A stretch of 64,000 nt of DNA from Candidatus Shapirobacteria bacterium (GTDB taxonomy: Bacteria; Patescibacteriota; Microgenomatia; UBA12405). Every line of letters starts with the position of its first letter. The first letter of the stretch is position 1. This document shows positions 18,117-26,544 of this stretch, in pieces. Below the pieces are notes generated by a model. That model was given only the letters and a program-made list of their open reading frames with translations. It was not told where the DNA came from and ran no database searches. A program made the translations under genes and the position numbers. The stretch lies in NCBI GenBank assembly GCA_041663285.1, contig JBAZSP010000001.1:7454-71453 (forward strand). Reading direction: 5' to 3'.

Positions 18117-18740
18117 TTACAATTGCCAAGGGGCGGTCGGTTTCGGTGTCGTCTTTATAAACGGCTTGATTCCGCCTGTCGGCAACGCCATTCCGGTCGG
18201 CATGGCCGGGATATTTGATTTTATTATTTCCTTTATCTCTTCCTTAGTAATGTAACCGTCGGCACAATACGCTTGGTCTTCCAACACCTTAGTAAAGGTT
18301 TCACAATTCAACCCCATTCCGTATTTGTTTCCTTCTCCTTGGCTGAATTGCGTTCCCATGCCGATTGGTGTTGGGTCAGCCTCGTCGCCGCTGCACATAA
18401 AATCAAAAAACTTTTTAGCAGTTTCGCATGGCATCCCCTTGCTTATCCCGTTAATCTTCCCTCCACTCGGCATAGTCCAGCCCGTTTCCTGAGTTTGACC
18501 ATCCCACTTCCAGCCCTGTTCGTTTACCGTATCAGTCGGAAATTTTTTTCCGGCTCCTCCATTTCTAGGCGTTTCCGGCATCGTGTTAGTCGAAAACCTG
18601 CTCAGAATACTTTGCCAGCTCAAACCCAGTACTTCCGCATCCAGCCTGTCTGACCAGAATTGGGCTCCCTGAAAAAGAGCTACGGCAAAAAGTGATAACG
18701 CCCCCAAAACTACATAAAAATGGTTACTGTTTTCTTTCAT
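18117..18740 (-). CDS. Hypothetical membrane-anchored protein with two Cys-pair repeats
   Basis: N-terminal TM; G.M/L.CET..K...C motif twice; Pro/Thr-rich tail. Confidence 0.7.
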   Translation of the reverse strand: MKENSNHFYVVLGALSLFAVALFQGAQFWSDRLDAEVLGLSWQSILSRFSTNTMPETPRNGGAGKKFPTDTVNEQGWKWDGQTQETGWTMPSGGKINGISKGMPCETAKKFFDFMCSGDEADPTPIGMGTQFSQGEGNKYGMGLNCETFTKVLEDQAYCADGYITKEEIKEIIKSNIPAMPTGMALPTGGIKPFIKTTPKPTAPWQL

Positions 18741-18806
18741 ATTACTAAAACTATGGATTATAAGTTACCAAAAGTCAACAACCACACCTGCACCTTCTCC
18801 AACCAC

Positions 18807-18835
18807 AAAATACCCCCGACTTTCATCGGGGGTAT
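18807..18835 (-). terminator. Intrinsic terminator after the RRM gene
   Basis: ATACCCCCGA-N6-TCGGGGGTAT stem followed by a T run on the minus strand. Confidence 0.75.
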
Positions 18836-18866
18836 CCGGTTTAACAAAGAAAACAAAAAAACTTAC

Positions 18867-19211
18867 TTAGTTTCTCCAGTTTCCATTATTTCCGCCGCGG
18901 TTTCCGCCGCCAAAGCCTTGGCGTGGTCCACTCCGGGAGTAGTTATCTCTGGGTGGTCTATCTTCCATTGGTCGGGCTTCGTTGACTTTGATTGTTCTGC
19001 CGTCCAATTCTTTTTCATTCCACATTTCAATCGCTGCTTGAGCTTGTTCTTCTGTTTCCATCTCTACAAATCCAAAACCTTTGGATCTGCCGGAGAATTT
19101 ATCCATTATAACAACTGCCGAAACTACTGTTCCGGCTTGGGCAAATGCTGCCGCTAGGGATTGATCGGTGGTTGAGTAAGACAGGCCGCCGACATAAAGT
19201 TTTTTAGCCAT
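18867..19211 (-). CDS. RRM RNA-binding protein
   Basis: RNP2 LYVGGL, RNP1 KGFGFVEM, Gly/Arg-rich tail. Confidence 0.97.
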   Translation of the reverse strand: MAKKLYVGGLSYSTTDQSLAAAFAQAGTVVSAVVIMDKFSGRSKGFGFVEMETEEQAQAAIEMWNEKELDGRTIKVNEARPMEDRPPRDNYSRSGPRQGFGGGNRGGNNGNWRN

Positions 19212-19521
19212 TTTTGGTTAAAAATAATTAATATGTAAGCGACCTCTTTTCTACAATTAACTTTCGAAAAATTCTACCTACCCTTGTATTTTAACCTAAC
19301 ATATGGAAATACACAAATACGAAGCTTTCACTATGGGTAGTCCCGCCTCAGCCAGAATGACTCTTTTAGTTGTAAACATTTGAAATCTATACTACTCTTA
19401 TTTCAGGATAGGCAAAAACCGTGAGTAATTCGCTTACCCTTTGGTTTCTTATTATTTCCATATAACCGACTTAGTTACTTTAAAAAATAATAGAAGTTTT
19501 TGCTCTCCAAACACTACTTAA

Positions 19522-20298
19522 ATGGCTGGCAACATTACTACCAAGCGGCTGGAAGCCTGGATGTATCGGGCTCCGAATGAGCATTTCGCCCTGATCGTCA
19601 GTATTTTTCTTCTGATTATTTTTGGTTTAATTTTTTCCAGCATTAATTTTATCGTCTTTCTTTTCCTTTTAATTTTGGGTTTGATTTACATCCAATTAAC
19701 CCAAGCTCAATATATCGGCAACGCCGTAAAGGTCACCCCCAGCCAATTTGCCGAGCTCTACGATGTCTTTAACTGTCATACCGAGAGGCTCAACATAAAC
19801 TCTGCCAATCTTTACATCAAGCAGGACCCTTACCTTAATGCTTTTACTGTCGGTTTGGGAACTTGCAGTGTAGTTTTGACATCCAGCCTGGTCGAACAGT
19901 TAAGCCTATCCGAGCTTGATTTCGTTATAGGTCATGAGCTTGGTCACTTTCAGTCCGGCCACACTGTAATTTCTTCTCTGATTAATCCGCTGGGAGGTAC
20001 TAACCCCCTTGGTTTTCTGATTTTTGGCATTTGGAGCCGGGTGGCCGAATATACTTCCGATCGTGCCGGTTTAATCCTCTGCAACAATATCGACTCCGCC
20101 GTTTCGTCCATGATCAAGCTTTCGGTTGGCGGCCGGCTATTTGGCAGGTTTAACGCCGCCGACTACGTCGACCAAATCAAAAGTTCCAAAGACGCTTCGG
20201 TCAAGTTTAGTGAAACCCTTCTTTCTCATCCGCTAACAACCAATCGGATCAGGAGGCTATTACAATTTTGGCGGGAAAGCTTTACAATTAATTCATAA
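19522..20298 (+). CDS. M48-family zinc metallopeptidase
   Basis: NAF, HELGH, EYTSDRAG, SHP...R. Confidence 0.92.
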   Translation: MAGNITTKRLEAWMYRAPNEHFALIVSIFLLIIFGLIFSSINFIVFLFLLILGLIYIQLTQAQYIGNAVKVTPSQFAELYDVFNCHTERLNINSANLYIKQDPYLNAFTVGLGTCSVVLTSSLVEQLSLSELDFVIGHELGHFQSGHTVISSLINPLGGTNPLGFLIFGIWSRVAEYTSDRAGLILCNNIDSAVSSMIKLSVGGRLFGRFNAADYVDQIKSSKDASVKFSETLLSHPLTTNRIRRLLQFWRESFTINS

Positions 20299-20301
20299 GT
20301 T

Positions 20302-20937
20302 ATGAAGCCCTGCCCCCAGTGTACAGTTCTAAATCCTGAAGACAGTATCTATTGTCAGGAGTGTGGCCACAAACTGGTTAATTTTGGCGCCAAACTTACC
20401 CGCTCCGGTAAACGTTCATCAAGTCTGTCCAAGGAGCTGGAAGCCGGCCTTGGTCCTGTCTTTGTCCCACCCCAAAGATCACATTCGTTGGCTTTTATGT
20501 TTTTTGGAGCCGTTGTCTTGGCCATAACTTTTTTGGCCATCCTCGGCTCCGTTGTCGGTTCCGACGACGTTGACCGCCTGTCGTCATTGTCAAATACCAA
20601 AGTCTCGCCATCAGTTAAGTCAGCGGTCCCTCTCACCAATTTATCTCTAACCGGCATTGACTCCGAATGGCGGGGTACTTACCCCCAGTCGGTTTTTTAC
20701 GTCAATGGCACTATAACCAACAACTCTGCCACTTCTGTCCGCAACACCATGCTACGGGTTGATTTTTATTGGGATAAAGATCTTACCGATATTTTTGATA
20801 CCCGTTATTTGAAGATCACTACCGCCATTTCCTCCAACAATCGCCATTCTTTTTCCCACCCGATCTCCGGCTTCTTTCCCAAAGACAATAAAAACTTTTG
20901 GTATCTGGTTACCGTTATTAGTTCCGAAAAAGATTAA
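20302..20937 (+). CDS. Zinc-ribbon/TM/Ig-like (FxLYD-like) protein
   Basis: CPQC..YCQECG, one TM, VNGTITNNS...VDFY. Confidence 0.7.
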   Translation: MKPCPQCTVLNPEDSIYCQECGHKLVNFGAKLTRSGKRSSSLSKELEAGLGPVFVPPQRSHSLAFMFFGAVVLAITFLAILGSVVGSDDVDRLSSLSNTKVSPSVKSAVPLTNLSLTGIDSEWRGTYPQSVFYVNGTITNNSATSVRNTMLRVDFYWDKDLTDIFDTRYLKITTAISSNNRHSFSHPISGFFPKDNKNFWYLVTVISSEKD

Positions 20938-21434
20938 TGGGTTGCCATAAGTGTCATAAGGAAATTAGTCCTGCCGCCAAATTCTGCAATTATTGCGGCG
21001 AACCGGTACTAGCTTTGGCCACTCTTCCGGCTCCTTCAGGGCTTCGTTTCCTCAACCTCTTTCTTGACAATATTTTCCAATATTCGATTATTTTCGTATT
21101 AGTAATTGCCTTTTCTTTAGTAAAAGTTCTTCTGTCCAAAGAACCTTCTTACGACCCGTCCTTTGAGCAAGTCCTGGCATCAATCCTTCGCCCAGCCATT
21201 CTTGTCCTCCATTTTGTTTATTATATTTCCTCTGAAGCCTTGTGGCAGCGCAGCCCGGCAAAGTTTATCACCGGCACCAAGGTAGTAAGTAGCACCGGCG
21301 GCAAACCTCTTATTTCTCAAATTATTATTCGCTCACTTTGCCGGCTCATCCCCTTTGAACACTTTTCCTTTTTTGGTAAGAATCCGGTTGGCCTCCACGA
21401 CAAGATATCCAAAACTATCGTTGTCAAAGCTTAG
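20937..21434 (+). CDS. Zinc-ribbon RDD-family protein
   Basis: CHKC..FCNYCG, RFLNLFLD, SPAK, LHDKISKTIVV. Confidence 0.88.
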   Translation: MGCHKCHKEISPAAKFCNYCGEPVLALATLPAPSGLRFLNLFLDNIFQYSIIFVLVIAFSLVKVLLSKEPSYDPSFEQVLASILRPAILVLHFVYYISSEALWQRSPAKFITGTKVVSSTGGKPLISQIIIRSLCRLIPFEHFSFFGKNPVGLHDKISKTIVVKA

Positions 21435-22276
21435 AGCGAAATCTTTTCGGCCACTATAATATTGTCCCATCCCATTTTCGGTATTGGAAACATATCCATA
21501 AATCTGTCCAAAACTATCGTCAGTCCTAAAAACATCGGATGGTTGTCCAAAAATGCTCCGCCAAACACCAGACTGCTTCTGTAAGTTCTGGCAATCCTAA
21601 ACCCCTTATTTCTGATTAGTTGGCATAATTCATCCAGCTCGAATAATTTTACATGTTGCTCCTCTTCGCCCATTTTTTGCCTTTTTTCTTCCTCGGTAAA
21701 TAGTACTTTGGCTTCCTTATCTTCTTCCCGGGTGGCCATTGTTTTTAACCACCTGCCGGCATGTTTTACCCAGTTATTCCTGTTAGGAGTTGACACTACC
21801 AGCCTTCCCCCGCCATTAAGGCTCCGGCTGATATTTTCAAGTACCTCTTCGGGATTTGCCACATGTTCCAAAACCTCCGACAAAATAATCAAGTCAAATT
21901 TTTGGTCCAACCTGTCATGTTCAATATTCTTTTTGGCGAATTTAATCTTATCAACCTCTTTAAATTTGGCTGCCCGGTTTCCATACTCCACAAATTCTTC
22001 CGATAGGTCATAACCCCAAAAAGTAATGTTCTTATTAATTTCTTTAGCCATCCTGGCCAGTCTCAAAAGCAAAGCTCCATTACCGCAGCCAAAATCTCCG
22101 ATAGTTAGCGGTCTATCAGGTGACGATTTTTTGATAAATTCAATAACGTCTCCTTCTATATATTTTTTTGTTTTTCTCCAAGCGTAGGCGACGGAAGGGG
22201 ATTCCAAGTTAAGCTGGTTGAACCAAATCTGGTATTCGCCGTATTTCTGATAAAAAGCCTCAAAAGTTTTTTCCAT
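21431..22276 (-). CDS. Class I SAM-dependent methyltransferase
   Basis: DFGCGNG, FDLIILSEVLEH, STPN. Confidence 0.92.
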   Translation of the reverse strand: MEKTFEAFYQKYGEYQIWFNQLNLESPSVAYAWRKTKKYIEGDVIEFIKKSSPDRPLTIGDFGCGNGALLLRLARMAKEINKNITFWGYDLSEEFVEYGNRAAKFKEVDKIKFAKKNIEHDRLDQKFDLIILSEVLEHVANPEEVLENISRSLNGGGRLVVSTPNRNNWVKHAGRWLKTMATREEDKEAKVLFTEEEKRQKMGEEEQHVKLFELDELCQLIRNKGFRIARTYRSSLVFGGAFLDNHPMFLGLTIVLDRFMDMFPIPKMGWDNIIVAEKISL

Positions 22277-22375
22277 AACTCTATTCTATCGTAACCACTT
22301 GTCCAATTTAATCTGGCAATAATTATTGCTCAACATTGTTAACAATATACCTACTGTGTTACATTAAACATACTT

Positions 22376-23455
22376 ATGAAAGCAATCATCACCGCTGGCG
22401 GCCGGGGCACCCGCATGCGCCCCATGACCTTTTCCACCAATAAACATTTGATCCCTCTGGCCAACAAACCCCTTCTCTATTATCCGATTGAAGAAGTTGT
22501 TGCCGCCGGTATTAAGGATATCGCCATCAATTACAACCCCGGTCAGCTGGAAGAGCTCCAGGCGGCTTTGGGTGATGGTAGCCGTTGGGGGGCCCATTTG
22601 ACTTTCATTCTTCAGGAGCAGCCCAAGGGTTTAGCCAATATTTTTCAAATTGCCCGTGACTTTGTTGGTTCCGATAAATTCTTAATGCATCTGGGCGATA
22701 ATATTTTTTATGGCGGTATCAAAGATTTAGTCGATAAATTCTCCAAAAGCGATTCCCAGGGGATGGTTCCCATCCTCCATCATCCCGAAAATCGCCGAAT
22801 GGGAGTTCCTTTTTTTGATGATCAGGGGAATCTGGTTAAGTATGTCGAAAAACCGGAAAACCCACCCCATGACTTTGCCGTTCCCGGTCTTTATTTTTTT
22901 ACTCCTTTAATTTATCAATGCTTCGAAGGCCAGGATGCCATCAAGCCCTCTCCCCGCGGTGAATTGGAAATCAGCTCTCCTTATCAGTGGCTAATCGACC
23001 ATCACCACCGGGTAGAGACTTACGAATTTAAAGGTATTTGGCAGGATCCGGGCAAGTTTGAAGATTGGATCGAAACTAATCAATTTTTAATTGACCGTCA
23101 GGTAGTTGATTGCCGGAAGTCTACACTAGATGCTACTGTCAAAGTCGAAGGACGATTACAAATTGGCCACAATTGTCAGATTACTAATAGCCTCTTACGT
23201 GGGCCGGCCATAATCGGGGACAATGTCGTCATTCGGGATTCTTTTATCGGGCCTTATTCTTCCATAAACGACAATTGCACCATTCTTAATAGTCATATTC
23301 AGAACTCCATTCTCGGGCCGCAGGTAAAAATTACCAACTTGCCGAAAGCCGTCGACAGCAGTTTAATTGGCGAAAGCTCGATGCTTTTTGGTGACCATCA
23401 GCTTTCCGGATCCATCGAGCTTTTCGTTGGCAATCAATGCCAACTTCATCTATAA
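22376..23455 (+). CDS. Glucose-1-phosphate thymidylyltransferase (long-form RmlA family)
   Basis: AGGRGTRMRP, KHLIP, LGDN, VEKP, RGELEI, C-terminal hexapeptide repeats. Confidence 0.9.
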   Translation: MKAIITAGGRGTRMRPMTFSTNKHLIPLANKPLLYYPIEEVVAAGIKDIAINYNPGQLEELQAALGDGSRWGAHLTFILQEQPKGLANIFQIARDFVGSDKFLMHLGDNIFYGGIKDLVDKFSKSDSQGMVPILHHPENRRMGVPFFDDQGNLVKYVEKPENPPHDFAVPGLYFFTPLIYQCFEGQDAIKPSPRGELEISSPYQWLIDHHHRVETYEFKGIWQDPGKFEDWIETNQFLIDRQVVDCRKSTLDATVKVEGRLQIGHNCQITNSLLRGPAIIGDNVVIRDSFIGPYSSINDNCTILNSHIQNSILGPQVKITNLPKAVDSSLIGESSMLFGDHQLSGSIELFVGNQCQLHL

Positions 23456-23462
23456 TGCTTTC

Positions 23463-23867
23463 ATGCCCATTGTCTGGTCTCCGGACTTAAGTGTCAACGT
23501 CGAACTTCTTGATCACCAGCACCAGGACTTTTTAAAAGTTCTGAATGAGCTTTATTCATCACTTCAGGACTTTCAAAATATGACCGATTTAGATGTTATA
23601 TTTACAAAGTTAAAAACGTACATTGACGCCCACTTCACTACCGAAGAAGGTTATTTTCACCAATATCATTACCCTGATACCGCTGTCCACATAGAAGAGC
23701 ATCATAAATTCAAAATCAAAATGGCTGATTTTGCCAAGCACTCTCACGGTGGTCAGATGACTCTCTATTTAGAACTTATTGACTATTTAGAAGAATGGCT
23801 GGTAAATCATCTAAAATCCATGGATCAAAAATATTCCCATTTTTTTAATTCGCAGGGATTATTTTAA
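23463..23867 (+). CDS. Bacteriohemerythrin
   Basis: Start refined to ATG 23463; W...LSV..LDHQH, HFTTEE, H.EEH, WLVNH...D. Confidence 0.93.
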   Translation: MPIVWSPDLSVNVELLDHQHQDFLKVLNELYSSLQDFQNMTDLDVIFTKLKTYIDAHFTTEEGYFHQYHYPDTAVHIEEHHKFKIKMADFAKHSHGGQMTLYLELIDYLEEWLVNHLKSMDQKYSHFFNSQGLF

Positions 23868-23877
23868 ATAACCTTTT

Positions 23878-24279
23878 ATGGCTGCCTGGTCTGACTGGTA
23901 TAACCAACTTATCAAACCCGCCTGGACTCCACCCGGATCAACTATTGGTCTGATTTGGACCATAATTTACCCCCTGATTATTTTAAGTCTGGGACTGGTT
24001 ATTTCTCAGCATGTTGCCGGCAAAATAAAATTCCGCACCCTCCTACCCTTTATCCTCAATTTGTTTTTTAACCTGGCCTTTACCCCCATCCAGTTTGGCT
24101 TAAGAAATTTGCCCCTGGCCATGATAGATATTCTGCTAGTCTGGTTTACCATTCTCTGGTCAATAATTTCCATTTGGCCTACCTCAAAACTTGTCGTAAT
24201 CCTTCAGTTACCCTATCTGCTTTGGGTAACTATCGCCACTTACCTTCAATCTTTTATTACCCTAAACAACTCGTCGTAA
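23878..24279 (+). CDS. tspO: TspO/MBR-family protein
   Basis: WYNQLIKPAWTPP, IWTIIY, PYLLW. Confidence 0.92.
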   Translation: MAAWSDWYNQLIKPAWTPPGSTIGLIWTIIYPLIILSLGLVISQHVAGKIKFRTLLPFILNLFFNLAFTPIQFGLRNLPLAMIDILLVWFTILWSIISIWPTSKLVVILQLPYLLWVTIATYLQSFITLNNSS

Positions 24280-24281
24280 AC

Positions 24282-24968
24282 ATGCCCAACCCATCCGTTT
24301 CCGGCAGCTTAACTATCAGCCAGCAGCATGGCTTGGCCGCCCTCAAAGAGACCGACTTGTCTGTTTATTGCCCCGGAGCTACCGTTATCGGGCCCGATAT
24401 CTTGGCGATGGCTGACCAAAATCCCCGCCGGACTATAATTGCCTCTTTTGCCGATAAATTAAAAGCGCTTGAATCAGGGGAAAACATTACTTCGCCCGGC
24501 CTATCATCCCGGATTATTGTAAAAATTGAAGAACTTGCTCCGCCCCTGGCCTATCCCGAAAAGAATTTTGATTTTGTCTACGCTAGATTGTCTCTTGGCC
24601 ACCTCACTTGTCAGCAACTGGATTCAGTCCTTAACGAATTTAATCGCGTTCTTCGGCTCAAAGCTAAAATCTTTATCGTTGCTTATTCTGTCGATGACCC
24701 CGATACCAAAATTCCCGGTGCCGTTTTCGATTCTAGCACCAGTTTAACCGCTTACCCTTTTCTCAACCAAAACGGTCAAATCGAAAAAGACAGATTAATA
24801 AAACGTTATTTTCAATCGCAGAAATCACTTTCCAACCACCTTTTCCACGCCGGTTTTAAGGTTAGTTATCTCGACCAATACTCCGAACTCAATTCTCCCG
24901 GTTCTTATGGCTCTTTGCCTACGGATCCTGCCCACAACTTAGTCGAGGTAGTCGCAGTCAAACAATAA
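24282..24968 (+). CDS. Divergent methyltransferase-like protein
   Basis: Start refined to ATG 24282; FDFVYARLSLGH...RVL resembles class I MTase motifs but the GxGxG motif is not evident. Confidence 0.5.
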   Translation: MPNPSVSGSLTISQQHGLAALKETDLSVYCPGATVIGPDILAMADQNPRRTIIASFADKLKALESGENITSPGLSSRIIVKIEELAPPLAYPEKNFDFVYARLSLGHLTCQQLDSVLNEFNRVLRLKAKIFIVAYSVDDPDTKIPGAVFDSSTSLTAYPFLNQNGQIEKDRLIKRYFQSQKSLSNHLFHAGFKVSYLDQYSELNSPGSYGSLPTDPAHNLVEVVAVKQ

Positions 24969-24973
24969 CGCCT

Positions 24974-25603
24974 ATGTGTGGCCGATATCTTTTGACCCCC
25001 GATCCCGATTTTTACTCTCGCTATTCTCTCTCAGCTCAAATTTCTCTGCCGCCCACCTTAGCCGATTTCTCTCCCGGGGGTAGGGGGCTAATCGTAATTC
25101 GCAATCAAAGCCAAAATCAACTGGAAACTGCATTATGGGGGCTCATCCCTTTTTGGGCCAAAGATCCAAAAATTGGTGTCAAACTTTTTAATGCCCGTAG
25201 CGAAACATTAGCTACAAAACCAGCCTTTAGTCGTTCTTTTTTCCGTCAACGGTGTTTAGTTCCGGCATCGGCTTTTTATGAATGGCAAAAGTCCGATACT
25301 GGTAAAAAAGTACCTTATTTGGTTTCACTCAAAGACAATCAAAATTTTTCTCTCGCCGGAATATCTGCTACTTGGCAGGATCCCCAGGGTAATTCCGTTC
25401 AAACCTACACCATCATCACCACCCAGCCCAACTCCTTAATCGCCCCCATTCATCACCGGATGCCGGTTATTATTTCCCGTCCTGACGAAAACAGCTACCT
25501 CAATCCGGACACCTCGTCCTCCCAACTAAAAAAATATCTAAAGCCCTATCCGGCCGCTCTACTCCGGGTGGAAAAACTAACCCGATCCTCTGGTCGGGAT
25601 TGA
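24974..25603 (+). CDS. SRAP/YedK abasic-site processing protein
   Basis: MCGRY N-terminus, WGL, NARSE, FYEW, HHRMPV. Confidence 0.96.
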   Translation: MCGRYLLTPDPDFYSRYSLSAQISLPPTLADFSPGGRGLIVIRNQSQNQLETALWGLIPFWAKDPKIGVKLFNARSETLATKPAFSRSFFRQRCLVPASAFYEWQKSDTGKKVPYLVSLKDNQNFSLAGISATWQDPQGNSVQTYTIITTQPNSLIAPIHHRMPVIISRPDENSYLNPDTSSSQLKKYLKPYPAALLRVEKLTRSSGRD

Positions 25604-25634
25604 CAGTCAACTTTTTTTAGCCCACAATCAACAT

Positions 25635-26537
25635 ATGTCCGGCCCTACCGGCTTGTCCTCAAGCCCAAAACTTTTTCGCCAAATCATTGATGATTTACCT
25701 ATTCCTCTTTTTGTAAAAAACGCCAAACTCCAATACCTTTTTAGCAGCAAAAGCTTTCACCACAATTTACTGGGGCTTAGTTCGTCCCAGGCCTTAGCCA
25801 GCCAGAACGATGTTTTTTTATCAGCCCTAAAGCCCAAATTTCGTCTCCAATTTCTATCTTTACAACGTCAGTTATTGGCATCGCCCGGAAACACCTCCAT
25901 TGATGTTGGTTTAGATCTTCCCGGTGGTTCTTCTTTTTATCGGTTACATTTGACCTCAATTACTTCGGGCATTTCCGGCGGCGGCTTAATCGGTTATCTC
26001 ATCCGTTTAAATGATTCGTCATCCTTTCCGGCTAAATCAGAAGAATCCGGCGATTTAATTCAGCGGATTGTTGATCTTTTACCGGTCGGGGTTTTCTGGA
26101 AAGATCACAACTTTAAATATCTGGGCTGCAACCAGGTTTTTGCCCAGGACGCAAACCAATCATCGGCTAGTGCCGTCATCGGCAAAACTGATTTTGAAAT
26201 CTACTCTGAAGACAGGGCCAAAAAATACCGCGAAGACGACCAAAACGTTTTTGTACAGGGTAAGTCAAAAATCAATCAGGAAGAAAAACGGACTCTGCCA
26301 TCAAAAAAGGATCACTGGATTCGGCTTTCCAAGATCCCTCTCACCGATCCTGCCGGCCAGATTATTGGTGTTGTCGGAGTCTACGATGATATCACTGATA
26401 TTAAAAAAGCCGAATCGGAACTAACCGACAAACTTGCCCAGTTGGAAAAGATTAACCGATTTATGGTCGGCCGTGAATTAAAAATGATTGAGCTCAAAAA
26501 TCGTATCCGCCAACTGGAAGAACAGCTAAAACAGTAG
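25635..26537 (+). CDS. Tandem PAS-domain protein without output domain
   Basis: Two PAS-like repeats (FVKN; FWKD...GCN...IGKTDF); C-terminal coiled coil MVGRELKMIELK. Confidence 0.85.
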   Translation: MSGPTGLSSSPKLFRQIIDDLPIPLFVKNAKLQYLFSSKSFHHNLLGLSSSQALASQNDVFLSALKPKFRLQFLSLQRQLLASPGNTSIDVGLDLPGGSSFYRLHLTSITSGISGGGLIGYLIRLNDSSSFPAKSEESGDLIQRIVDLLPVGVFWKDHNFKYLGCNQVFAQDANQSSASAVIGKTDFEIYSEDRAKKYREDDQNVFVQGKSKINQEEKRTLPSKKDHWIRLSKIPLTDPAGQIIGVVGVYDDITDIKKAESELTDKLAQLEKINRFMVGRELKMIELKNRIRQLEEQLKQ

Positions 26538-26544
26538 CCAGCCT

